From contig NC_086108.1 of the NCBI RefSeq assembly GCF_963921235.1, positions 76,448,001-76,512,000 of the forward strand: DNA of 64,000 nucleotides. Reading direction: 5' to 3'. The notes beneath the pieces were generated by a model. It searched no databases. It worked only from the letters and a program-made list of their open reading frames with translations, and was not told the origin of the DNA. The position numbers and the translations under genes are program-made. This DNA is from Mobula hypostoma. Its lineage: Eukaryota. This document shows positions 52,501 through 64,000 of this stretch, in pieces (within the stretch, counting starts at the first letter, position 1; every line of letters begins with the position of its first letter).

Positions 52501-53250
52501 CTTCTCCCTGGCAGGCTCTAGTACAAGCTGCTCTAAGGATCCATCTCGGAGGCACTCCACTAACTCCCTTTCTTGGGGTCCAGTACCAACCTGATTTTCC
52601 CAGTCTACCTGCATGTTGAAATCCCCCATAACAACCGTAGCATTACCTTTGCAATATGCCAATTTTAACTCTTGATTCAACTTGCACCCCATATCCAGGC
52701 TACTGTTTGGGGGCCTGTAGATAACTCCCATTAGGGTCTTTTTGCCCTTACAATTTCTTAGTTCTATCCATACTGACTCTACATCTCCTGATTCTATGTC
52801 ACCCCTCGCAAGGGACTGAATTTCATTCCTCACCAACAAGCCACTCCACCCCCTCTGCCCACCTGTCTGTCCTTTTGATAGGACGTATACCCTTGAATAT
52901 TCAATTTCCCAGCCCTGGTCCTCTTGCAGCCATGTCTCTGTTATTCCTACAACATCATACTTGCCAATTTCCAACTGAGCCTCAAGCTCATCCACTTTAT
53001 TTCTTATACTTCGTGCATTCATATATAATACTTTTAATCCATTTCTCCCCTCACCTTTCACATCGATTCCTATTGCACTTGGCCATATTCTCCGATCCCT
53101 TCCTGAGCTTTCTGCCCCATTAATTGTGTTGTCTTTCTTAACTTTTCTTATTCTCTCTTTCCCTTTAACTCCATCCCTTATATTTCCAGTTCGTCTCCTT
53201 CCCCCAACTACTTAGTTTAAACACACCCGTGTAGCAGTGGCAAATCTGCC
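49561..53250 (-). mobile_element. CR1-clade LINE with nearly complete but frameshifted ORF2 (APE endonuclease plus RT)
   Basis: LYMNARSIRNK, GITETWL, IYRPP, VMGDFN; KSPGPNG, NYRPVSLTS, YLDFQKAF, KFADG, FFTQRVVDLWN; plus-strand tagacaat tail. Confidence 0.95.
51638..52227 (-). mobile_element. Rex1/Babar-like 3' fragment inserted in CR1
   Basis: [17 protein letters not shown]...HPLH...RHRKSFLPVAIKL; plus-strand (agtcat)n tail; CR1 sequence resumes on both sides. Confidence 0.88.
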
Positions 53251-54519
53251 AGCATGATGTATCACAGCCCTATATCCAATATCACCAAGAAGAACAAGAG
53301 CATCAATGTCAATTCCAACATCACGTAATTCTCACCATGTTCTTTTTTCCCCCAAATTTTGAGAATTAACTTTTTGGAATACCATTACAATTACTATAGT
53401 CGTTTCTGAATAAGGTCGTTTAACAACTTGTAATGTTGAGAGCATTGTTTAGAGATTTTAAGCCCAAAAATACTCCCGAAATGTTATCAGAGTAAAAGCT
53501 CAAACACCAGCACATTAAAAGGAGATGAAAACGGAACATTGTTTTTCAAACATTCACTGAAATTATAGTGTTTCTTTTCATTCAATGTGAAGGCATGATC
53601 AAGCTTAGTCAGAGATTCAAAACAGTCACTTCATCTAGCTATGACACTTCCCTGTATGATGAAATTGGGGATTAACGAATCCATACCATTGTGTATAGAG
53701 TTTCATACTTCAAGCAGCTGAAAGATTGACCTTTAGAGCCAGTTTGCAATTAGATGTTCTTGATTTCAGTATGATTCATATGGGAACCAGATAATGCATA
53801 GGTACTTAAAAATAATAAAACAAAAAGAGAAAAGTACAAAATGGATATTAAAACATGGTGCTATAGAAAACACATGACTTGATGTGGCACTTTGCAGCAT
53901 AAATCAGGATTGAGATTTATCTTAATCTTCACTGAAATAACTAATCTGGTTGCTATGGCAGAATATTGCAAATGTCCTCAATATCCACAACACATGTCCA
54001 TGCGTGCACTTCGGTAGGGGTACAGAGGAGGAAAATCATCTCAGGCACTGTTTCCATATGCTGATTTTTTTTTGGAAATTGTGGCTATTGCCCTTGGGAC
54101 TGTTGTTAATGTCTTCAAGAGGATGCAGATGGGAAAGAGAATGATGACTGGAAGATTATACTAAAAGAAAGTAAAACTTTTTTTTAAAAAAGAGGCAAAA
54201 GAACAAGATAAAATTCTAAATTCAATTCTTGAAATAGCTCTCTCACATTTCACTTTCTAAGTTAATGAATCCTCTGGGTTAGTAATTCATTGACAGTTAT
54301 TAACAATTAGCACATGGTTAAGAGGGTACAATAGTCATAAGAATCATTTACAATAGACAACCAAATAAAGAGTACTTATGCTGTTAATTTAACTAGTCTG
54401 TTTATTAAGGAATTATTCTATAAGTATTGTAAAACAATAAAAATTACAGGGAGGTTAAGAATGAGGTTCTCTTTTTATGAAGTTAACAGTGGACTGGTGA
54501 AAAGTAGACAGCCATCTAG

Positions 54520-54650
54520 GTACAAGAGGTACTGTAGATGTTGGAAATCTAGAGCAATACACACAATGTGCTGGAGGAGCTCAGCAGGTCAGGCAGCATC
54601 TATGGATGCGAATAAACAGTCGACGATTGGGGCCAAGACCTTTCATCGTG
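54520..54650 (-). mobile_element. Solo Penelope terminal repeat with decayed hammerhead
   Basis: Minus strand cgatga-aaggtcttggccc-caat-cgtc-gactg...gatgctgcctgacctgctgagctcctccagcac. Confidence 0.75.
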
Positions 54651-55284
54651 CCATCTGAGGTGACTTGTAATTCATCGTGCACTTACTTTTCCCCAAAGTT
54701 GTTGGCCTATTTGAATGTTAATAATGACATATGCAATTCATAAGCCTGTTAATTTTTTCAGTATAATTTTGGACTATACTGTTATTCTTGGCTATTTATG
54801 TCAGTCAAGTCTCTGACAATAACAGGCTTCATTAGAAAGCCAGCATGTGATCCCAAATTTATAACATTAACACATGCAATCATCCCATTTATTAGTAATA
54901 GATTGTGAAGCTCTGGGTGAAATGAAGTCTTTAGCCTAAAGTAATGAAACATTAACAAAATTAAGATTTGCATTATTAGAAGTCTAACAGTGTCATATCT
55001 CCACCAAATATTTCACCTCAGAAATCTCTTTCAGTAAATTTGTTGTCTTTCAACAATTGCAGTATGGAAAATATATGGACAGCAGCAATTCAAAAGGGCA
55101 TATAGGGATGGGTAATAAATGCTGGTCTTTTCATCCCTTATATATTAATTTAAAAAACATTTCTTATGTTAAGTCTAACTTTATCTCAAAAGTGAAACTT
55201 CACCGTTATCAAGTGGCAACGATTTGTTTCTAGGAGTTAATTACTTTGGGTTCATATTTATTTCATAAATTTTCCAGCACAAAT

Positions 55285-55602
55285 GAGTGGTGTAGCAGTT
55301 AGTGCGATGTGATTACAGCATGGGATATTCTGGAGTTTGGAGTTCAATTCTGGCACTGTTTTATAAGCAGTCTCTGTACGTCCTCCTGTGGAATGCGTGG
55401 GTTTTCCTTGGGTGCTCCAGTTTCCTCCCACAGTCCAAAAACATACCGGGAAGATTAATTGTTCAATGTAGATTAATTGTCCCATGATTAGGTTAGGGTG
55501 AATCTGGGTTGTGGGGTTGCTGGGTGAGGGTGGCTCGTATGGCTGGAAGAGCCTATTCCACGCTGCAGCTGTATACCTAAATAAATTAACAAATAAATAA
55601 AT
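55285..55602 (+). mobile_element. V-SINE-like element
   Basis: ggtgtagcagttagtgc...ggagttcaattc; tgtacgtcctcctgtggaatgcgtgggttttccttgggtgctccagtttcctccca; (aaat)n tail. Confidence 0.8.
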
Positions 55603-58600
55603 GAAATAGCAAATTCGTGCCAGAAAAGACAATCTTGTGAACCTTCATGTTATGATTAGATATCCATGAATCCATGTTACAGGTGTAAGAAAATCAAAAG
55701 CTGTCTTAAAGGCTATAGATTCATCTACTTTTTGGGTTACTCCTAGAGCCATGTTAAACTCTGGATTCACTTAAATGTTAAATTTATTGGGAAAGAAAAT
55801 TGATCCAAGGGTAAAAGGTCCGTTGATCACTTGAAGTCCATTGCTTCTAACTTATAAGGAAAGCTCAATTCTGACCCTGGGTACAATTTGGGAAAATCAA
55901 ATGTGCTACATTGCAACATTGATACAATTAACCTCAACAAACATAGCTTTTAATATTTTTATAAATGTGTAAATATTTCTGATACTAAAATAGATGCAGC
56001 ACACAGCCTCATGTCTCACACGTTTTAATAAAGTAAAAGCTGCATGGTAGCTATTTGTACTACAAAACAGATAAAAGGTTTCAAGATAAGGTTGAGAATT
56101 TACCAAGAGTTGAAGATTCACCAAGGCTCAATTAGAGCCAATTATTATTCTAACTACATGTCTGTTTTGTTTCTGAAGGGGAACTAAAAATTAATTATAC
56201 CACCAACAGAATAGCTTGACGATGCAGAATTATTAGTCTTTAATATGTCTATATTATATAATTAGTCAAATCTATGTTAATTTCCCAGTTGAATTATCAT
56301 AATTTAATTTTTGGTAATTTTTCTTCAGGAATTTATTTATATTGCATTGCAGTAATTTATTTACTAACATCTTAACTTCTAAATAAGAGAAGATATACAT
56401 GTTCTCTTTTATATTTTACAGGCTAATTCAGTTTTCTCCCCCTTGCTGCATGCAGCTGTTTGCTTTCTAATCTTGTACCAGCCCACCTGATCCACCTCCA
56501 CAATAGCTGCAACATTTAACAGTTTTTTCCTCCTTCAAATGCGTCGTTATTGACACTCTGCAAAAAAGTAAAAATCATTGCAAAGTACTCTCCAACCTCC
56601 ATTGCAATGGCTTCAAATTTGTTGCAGCCCCTCCAAAGTCATGAACATTTTTCATCAAACAACTGATGACATTTCATGCAATCAAGACTCCACCTTGCTT
56701 CAGTACACAAATGTTCCAGTACAAATTACTATTGTTATCCTATGTGATTGTGACAGAAGTAGTCTACTGCTTCTCATTTACTTGCCCAGCAGGCTTTGAC
56801 AAGAGTGTACATCTTCCAAAGTCTTCCCACCATCACCCACTGTACAGGACGAACTGGCTGAGTTTTATTCTTAATTCTCTTTACATTCCTATATAATCAC
56901 CAGTAATGAATTCTCTTCCTGTCCCATTATTGCTGGGGTATCCTATAAATAACCTTATGTTTTCACTTGTCCTTTCATTTCTGCCTTTTCCATCATCTAC
57001 GGACCAAAACAGTCCCTCCAGGTGAAGCAACAATTAATTCACTGGCACTTCTTCCTATCTATCAGAATCAGGTATCACCGCCATTTGCCTTGACAATTTG
57101 TTGTTCTGCGGCAGCAGTACATTGCAATACATAATAATCATTTAAAACTTTAAATTTCAAAAATACATATCTAAGAAAATTAAATTCAGCCGTGCAAAAA
57201 GAGAACAAAAAATGAGGTAGTGTTCATGGGTTCATTGTCCATTCAGAAATTTGATGGCAGATGGGAAGAAGCTGTCCCTGAAACACTGAGTGCGTGTCTT
57301 CTCCTCCTTGCTGGTAGCAAAGACAGTATGTCCTGGGTGATGGGCATCCATAGTGATTGATGCCACCTTCCTGAGCCATCACCTTTTAAAGATGTTTTTG
57401 ATGCTAGTGCCCACGATGAAGCTGGCTGTATTTACAACTTTCTGCAGTTTCTTCCAATCCTGTGCAGTGGCCCCCTCCATGGTATACCTGTAGAAATTTG
57501 CCAGTATCTTCAGTAACATACCAAGGCTCCTCAAACTCCAAATGAAATATAGCTGCTGTTATGCCTTCTTTATAATTGCACTAATATTTTGGACCCAGGA
57601 TAGAGCTTCAGTGATGTTGACACCTACGAACTTGAAACTGCTCACCCTATCCACTGCTGTTCCCATGATGAGGACTGGAGTGTGTTCCCTCAATCTCCCC
57701 TTCCTGAAGTCCACCATCAATTCCTTGGTCTTGGAGGCATTGCGTGCAAGGTTGTTTTAGTGACACCACTCAACCAGCTGATCTATCTATATGGGGAGCA
57801 AGGACATGGCAGACCAATTGAATAATTACTTTGGTTCTGTCTTCACTAAGGAGGACATAAATAATCTTCCAGAAATAGTAGGGGACAGAGGGTCCAGTGA
57901 GATGGAGGAACTGAGCGAAATACATGTTAGTAGGGAAGTGGTGTTGGGTAAATTGAAGGGATTAAAGGCAGATAAATCCCCAGGGCCAGATGGTCTGCAT
58001 CCCAGAGTGCTTAAGGAAGTAGCCCAAGAAATAGTGGATGCATTAGTGATAATTTTTCAAAACTCGTTAGATTCTGGACTAGTTCCTGAGGATTGGAGGG
58101 TGGCTAATGTAACCCCACTTTTTAAAAAAGGAGGGAGAGAAAAACCAGGGAATTATAGACTTGTTAGCCTAACGTCGGTGGTGGGGAAACTGCTGGAGTC
58201 AGTTATCAAAGATGTGATAACAGCACATTTGGAAAGCGGTGAAATCATCGGACAAAGTCAGCATGGCTTTGTGAAAGGAAAATCATGTCTGACGAATCTC
58301 ATAGAATTTTTTGAGGATGTAACTAATAGAGTGGATAGGGAAGAACCAGTGGATGTGGTATATTTGGATTTTCAAAAGGCTTTTGACAAGGTCCCACACA
58401 GGAGATTAGTGTGCAAACTTAAAGCACACGGTATTGGGGGTAAGGTATTGATGTGGATAGAGAATTGGTTAGCAGACAGGAAGCAAAGAGTGGGAATAAA
58501 CGGGACCTTTTCAGAATGGCAGGCAGTGACTAGTGGGGTACCGCAAGGCTCAGTGCTGGGACCCCAGTTGTTTACAATATATATTAATGACTTGAATGAG

Positions 58601-59442
58601 GGAATTAAATGCAGCATCTCCAAGTTTGCGGATGACACGAAACTGGGCGGCAGTGTTAGCTGTGAGGAGGATGCTAAGAGGATGCAGGGTGACTTGGATA
58701 GGTTGGGTGAGTGGGCAAATTCATGGCAGATGCAATTTAATGTGGATAAACGTGAAGTTATCCACTTTGGTGGCAAAAATAGGAAAACAGATTATTATCT
58801 GAATGGTGGCCAATTAGGAAAAGGGGAGGTGCAATGAGACCTGGGTGTCATTATACACCAGTCATTGAAAGTGGGCATGCAGGTACAGCAGGCGGTGAAA
58901 GAGGCGAATGCTATGCTGGCATTTATAGCGAGAGGATTCGAGTACAGGAGCAGGGAGGTACTACTGCAGTTGTACAAGGCCTTGGTGAGACCACACCTGG
59001 AGTATTGTGTGCAGTTTTGGTCCCCTAATCTGAGGAAAGACATCCTTGCCATAGAGGGAGTGCAAAGAAGGTTCACCAGATTGATTCCTGGGATGGCAGG
59101 ACTTTCATATGAAGAAAGACTGGATGAACTGGGCTTGTACTCGTTGGAATTTAGAAGATTGAGGGGGGATCAGATTGAAACGTATAAAATCCTAAAGGGA
59201 CTGGACAGGCTAGATGCAGGAAGATTGTTCCCGATGTTGGGGAAGTCCAGAACGAGGGGTCACAGTTTGAGGATAAAGGGGAAGCCTTTTAGGACCGAGA
59301 TTAGGAAAAACTTCTTCTCACAGAGAGTGGTGAATCTGTGGAATTCTCGGCCACAGGAAACAGTTGAGGCCAGTTCATTCAACACACATCAAAGTTGCTG
59401 GTGAACGCAGCAGGCCAAGCAGCATCTGTAGGAAGAGGTGCA

Positions 59443-59476
59443 GTCGACGTTTCAGGCCAAGACCCTTCGTCAGGAC
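59443..59476 (-). ncRNA. Minimal type I hammerhead ribozyme motif, core intact
   Basis: gtc-CTGACGA-agggtcttggcct-GAAA-cGTC-gac; helix I gtc/gac, palindromic ACGT in place of helix III. Confidence 0.8.
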
Positions 59477-59477
59477 C

Positions 59478-59511
59478 GTCCTGACGAAGGGTCTCGGCCT
59501 GAAACGTCGAC
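59478..59511 (+). ncRNA. Minimal type I hammerhead ribozyme motif, core intact
   Basis: gtc-CTGACGA-agggtctcggcct-GAAA-cGTC-gac; predicted cleavage 3' of C59508. Confidence 0.8.
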
Positions 59512-60857
59512 TGCACCTCTTCCTACAGATGCTGCTTGGCCTGCTGTGTTCACCAGCAACTTTGATGTGTGTTGCTTGAATTTCCAGCATCTGCAGAATT
59601 CCTGTTGTGAGGCCAGTTCATTGGCTATATTTAAGAGGGAGTTAGATATGGCCCTTGTGGCTACGGGGATCAGAGGGTATGGAGGGAAGGCTGGTGCAGG
59701 GTTCTGAGTTGGATGATCAGCCATGATCATAATAAATGGCGGTGCAGGCTCGAAGGGCCGAATAGCCTACTCCTGCACCTATTTTCTATGTTTCTACGTA
59801 TCTCAATTCTGCACACCTCCTCGTCACCATCTGAAATTCAGCCGACAGTAATTGTGTCACCAGCAAATTTATAGATGGCATTTAAGCTGTGCCTAACCAA
59901 GCAGTCATGGGTGTAGCTGGAGTAGAGCTGTGGGCTAAGCACACATCCTTGAGGTGTTGATTGTCAGCAAGATGGAGATGTTATTTCCAATCTGCAGTGA
60001 CTGGGGTCTCCCGATGAGGAAGTCAAAGATCTGGTTGCAGAGGAAGGTACAGAGGCCCAGGTTTTGCAGCTTGTTGATTAAAACAAGGGCCTGATTGTGT
60101 TGATTGCTGAGCTGTCATCAATAAACAGCAGCTTGACATAGATATTGCTATTGTCCAGATGATATAAGGCTGAGTAGACAGCCAGTGAGACTGCATCTGC
60201 TACAGACCTACTGTGGCGATAGGCAGATGGCAGTGTGTCCAGGTACTGAACTTGCTTAAGCAGGAGTTGATTCTGACCATGACCAACCTCTTAAATCACT
60301 TAGCACAGTAGATGGCAATGCAACTGGGTGATAGTCATTGAGGCAGCTCACCCTGCTCTTCTCGGGCACTGGTATGATTATCATCCTTTTGAAGCCGATG
60401 GGGCCCTCTGACTGGAGCAGTGAAAGATTGAAGATGTCCTTGAACACTCCTGCCAGTTGATTGGCACAGATTTTCAGTGCACTACCAGGTACACCATTAG
60501 GGTCTGACACCTTGTCATTGGCCTCTGAGACAGAGATCACAAGGTCAACAGATGCTGCAAGGATCTGCCCAGGTCGAGTTTTATTCTCCCTTTCAAAGCA
60601 TGCATAAAAGGCATTGAGCTCATCTTGGAGTGAAGCATCACAGCCATTGATGATGGTCAGTTTCACCTGCAAAGTGATGGTCTACAAATCTTGCCAGAGC
60701 TGACTCCCACTACTGCATTTGGTGCTCATGATGTGATCGCTTCCAGTACAACCTGACATACTGATCCTTAATTTGGGCTAGCAAAGGTTATAGCAATTTG
60801 TAGGGAAATCCCTATTCCCTCTCTGTTGCCCATCCATGAAAAATAATGCACAAAAAT

Positions 60858-60992
60858 TCCTGATGAAGGGTCTCAAACCAAAACATCGACTGTTTATTCG
60901 TTTCAATAGATGCCACCTGACCTTCTGAGTTCCTCCAGCATTTTGTGTGTGTTGCTCAGAACTTCCAGCACCTGCAGAGTCTCTTGTGTGCA
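60858..60992 (+). mobile_element. Solo Penelope terminal repeat with decayed hammerhead
   Basis: ctgatga-agggtctcaaacc-aaaa-catc-gactg...ttcctccagcattttgtgtgtgttgc...ctgcagagtctcttgtg. Confidence 0.78.
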
Positions 60993-61347
60993 CAAGAAAT
61001 GATTTTGTTTTTAATTTTAAATGTACAAAAAGAGAAATATTTAAATTATGCTTTTTTTTCTCTAGTCAAGTTTGGTATCAATAGAAAAATGCTGAAAGAT
61101 ATGACACAAAATTGCACAGTCCCTCCCTTCATCATTAAGTTCTTTCAGAATATCCTGCTATCCTTTCTCCCTTATGTCCTTAACAAGTTAAGTGCCATTT
61201 ACTTCATTTCCTCCAAGTGGAAGTAAATTCCCCTTTACTACCAATTTCAGAAAGGTAGTTTCTCATGAATTTTCTATCAATTTGGAAATGACATCAGTTA
61301 TGGTTCTTGTTCATAACTCCCACAAAATTGGAAGATTTTCTTTAGAT

Positions 61348-61426
61348 CAGGGGTTTGCAACCCGGGGTCCACGGACCCCTCGATAATGGTAGGGATCAAT
61401 GGTATAACAAAGGTTGAAAACCCCTG
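61348..61426. mobile_element. 79-bp hAT/Charlie-like MITE
   Basis: TIR caggggttt / aaacccctg; imperfect 8-bp TSD ctttagat / ctctaaat resembling the NTCTAGAN target. Confidence 0.75.
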
Positions 61427-61937
61427 CTCTAAATCAACTCAATCAAGTCACTTCATAACTTTAAATACTAAGAAAACATATGGCTTTAACTGTGAACTGG
61501 AAGTTAAAGAGGAGTATTAATAGATAATCTACCTTAAAATTCATAGTGATTTTCTTCCAATGGAATTCATTTCCAGAAAAATGGAACAGAGTTGAACTTT
61601 TAAGCAATAGAACATAGTGACTCAGGTTTCAATTCTGCACTGTTGTACGTTTTGTATGGCATCCTATTTAGCTTGTCTGTATTGGATCAGCACAATAGTA
61701 AGCAACTCCGAATCCACCCCAACCAGTGGGTACATCCTGGTATGAAGGCTGGGATAAAAGGACTGGGAATCTAGATTAAGATAGACATCAATACTTGTGT
61801 GGATTCCAGATGAGCCTTTTGCTATAATAATAGTATAACCAAAAACATTCTTAAGTGGCTATCCTTTAAGTATGCTGGATTGATTGCTTAATGCCAAGAA
61901 AAACAAGTATAGATCAACCAGTGCCCCTGAAAATTGT

Positions 61938-63245
61938 AAGTTCAAAGTTCAAAGCAAATTATATTATTAAAGTACATATATGTTACCATATTAAATCCTG
62001 AGAATCAATTTCCTGTGGGCATACTCAGCAAATCTATGGAGTAGTAACTATGGCAAGATCAATGAAAGAGCTACGAAAGATCAACTAGAGTGCAGAAGAC
62101 AACAAGTTTTGCAAATACCAGTATAAATAAATAGCAATAAATAATGAGAACATGAGATAACAAAATAAAGGATCCTTAAAGTGAGATCGTTGTTTGTGGA
62201 ACATCTCAATGGATGGGTAAGTGAGTGTAGTTATTGACTTTGTTCAACAGCCTGATGGTTTTGGGATACTAACTGTTCTTGACCTGCTGGTGTGAGTCCT
62301 GAGGTTCTTGTACATTCTACCTGATGGCAGCAGCGAGAAAAGAGCATGGCCTAGTGGTGGTGATCTCTGATTATGGATGCTGCTTTCCTATGACAGCATT
62401 GCATGTAGATGTGCTCAAAGGTTTAGAGGGCTTACTGGGACATACTGGGCCAAATCCACCATCATCTGTAAGATTTTCCATTCAAAGGCATTGGTGTTTT
62501 CATACCAGGCCTTGATGCAGCCAGTCAATACACTCTCTACTACATATCTATAGAAGTTTGTCAAAGTTTTAGATATCTGCTGAATCTGCACAGACTGCTA
62601 AGGAAGCAGAAGTGCTGCCATGCTTTCTTCGCAATTGCACTTAGAATTCCTCAGATAGGTCCTCAGAAATAGTAACACCCAAGAATTTAAAGCTACTAAC
62701 CCTCTCCACTTCTGATCCTCCAATGAGGATTGCTCATGAACCTCCGGTTTCCCTCTCTTGAAGTCTACAATCAGTTCCTTGGTCTTGCTGACATTGAGTA
62801 AGAGGTTGTTGTTATGACACCACTCCAACAAATTTTCACTCTCCCTCTGTCTGCTGATTCATCACCACCTTTGATTCGACCCAGAACAACAGTGTTTTCA
62901 GCAAACTTGAATATGGTATTGGAACTGTGTTTAGCCACACAGTCATGGGAGTAAAGTGGGTAAGGCAGGGGGCTAAGCACACAACCCTGTGGTGCACCTG
63001 TGTTGATGGAGATCTGATTCAGGTCTGCATGTAAGGAAATCTGGGATCCAATTGCACAAGGAGGAATTGAGGCCAAGGTCTTGGAGCTTATTGATTAGTT
63101 TTAAGGGATAATAGCTGTCATCAATAAAGAGCATCTCGATTTATATATCTTTGCTATCCAGATGTTGCAGGATTCAGCGAAGAGCCAGTGAAGTGGCATC
63201 TGCTGTGGACCAGTTGCCCCGAAAGGCAAATTGGAGCAGATCCTA
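61938..63245 (-). mobile_element. Rex1/Babar-clade LINE, decayed
   Basis: [45 protein letters not shown]; plus-strand (aagttca)n tail. Confidence 0.88.
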
Positions 63246-63354
63246 CATACAATGGAGCAATTCGATCCTACATACATTTAGAATCAATAACTTGCTCTAT
63301 CATTAATCAACTACCTAAAATAACTTCTTCAGAGCTATATATCCTCTGAAGTAT

Positions 63355-63606
63355 AGGCAACCTGGGTTCAATTCCCACCACTGCCTGTAAAGAGTTTGTA
63401 CGATTTCCCAATGACCACTTGGGTTTCCTCTGAGTGCTCCGGCTTCCACCCACAGTCCAAAGATGTACTGGTTGGTAAGTTAATTGGTAATTGTCCCATG
63501 ATTAGGCTCAGATTATATCACAGGGGATTGCTGGGCAGCAGAGCTCAAAGGGCCAGAAGGGCTTATTCCACGATGTATCTCAATAAATGAAAATAAATAA
63601 ATAAAA
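63355..63606 (+). mobile_element. V-SINE-like element, 5'-truncated
   Basis: ctgggttcaattccc...gagtttgtacg...gggtttcctctgagtgctccggcttcc; (aaat)n tail. Confidence 0.78.
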
Positions 63607-63669
63607 AGCATGGAGAAAACTGCCAGCAGATGTACAGTAGATGTGTGCTCATTTGTGATACTCAAGCAA

Positions 63670-63812
63670 AGTTTGTATGTTACATGGATGGAAGAGGTTT
63701 GAAGGGATATGACCCAAGTGCAGATAGAGAGGACTTGGCAGAAGATCAGGCTGGCAGGGGCTTGATGGGCCAAAGGGCCTGTTTCCATTCTGTAGTACTC
63801 TATGACTCTATA
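63670..63812 (+). mobile_element. CR1-type 3' tail fragment
   Basis: gatgggccaaagggcctgtttccattctgtagtactctatgactcta. Confidence 0.6.
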
Positions 63813-64000
63813 AGTAACCATTCTGCTGCCTATTGGAAGGCCTTTTAAAAACCACTGCAGCTAAAACATCACCATGATTATGCTGCTAGGTTTACCAATT
63901 GGTGAAGCAACTATCAATAATTAACATCAATATAGTCAATATAACATAAATATAGCTGTATTGCTATTTATTTTCTAAACTTTCACACTAAATTTTGCAT

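Larger units (their letters stand above)
59380..59607. mobile_element. Palindromic Penelope terminal-repeat insertion carrying two inverted hammerhead motifs
   Basis: 97-bp arms 59380-59476 / 59478-59574 around a 1-nt centre, 33-bp unpaired right tail, 15-bp TSD tgaggccagttcatt (59365-59379, 59608-59622). Confidence 0.94.
57789..59798 (+). mobile_element. Young 5'-truncated CR1-clade LINE
   Basis: 348-aa RT ORF continues in frame past a single TGA (58835-58837) into 58865; interrupted only by the 59380-59607 insertion; tail ttttctatgtttcta. Confidence 0.96.
57062..60710 (-). mobile_element. Rex1/Babar-clade LINE split by CR1 (57062-57788 and 59799-60710)
   Basis: SLQDELNAFYACFE...CLNDYHPVAL at 60256-60672; tail tcagaatcagg near 57062; tatct duplicated around the CR1. 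Confidence 0.88.

Noticed and set aside
56481..56548. Minus-strand pseudo-exon with a good acceptor (VSITTHLKEEKTVKCC…)
   Set aside because: Weak donor and no similarity to ERI3 or any protein I recognise
59364..59590. Near-identical ORFs on both strands
   Set aside because: A direct consequence of the palindrome, not a protein gene
1..64000. CRISPR arrays, rRNA, operons or other prokaryotic systems
   Set aside because: No regularly spaced repeats or gene-dense organisation; the sequence is eukaryotic intron with retroelements

Overview
AT-rich vertebrate genomic DNA; the repeat repertoire (CR1, Rex1/Babar, Penelope-like, V-SINE, Tc1) suggests a cartilaginous fish such as a ray (inference). 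The window appears to be almost entirely intronic sequence of ERI3 on the minus strand. Only one 73-bp coding exon (22209-22281) is visible, and I found no neighbouring exons by eye. Most ORFs in the supplied track are decayed retrotransposon fragments or their antisense frames. Two observations stand out. (1) A 507-bp TSD-flanked, RTE-like non-autonomous retroelement (3885-4391) carries a precisely circularly permuted 178-bp piece of ZFTRAF1/CYHR1 coding sequence, with the internal junction at the exon end, as expected for a captured circular (possibly back-spliced) molecule. (2) Short TSD-flanked palindromic insertions (41078-41329, 59380-59607, older copy near 18 kb) are built from two inverted Penelope-type minimal hammerhead ribozymes. 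Boundaries of old repeats are approximate, and all family calls are by-eye motif recognition, not database results.
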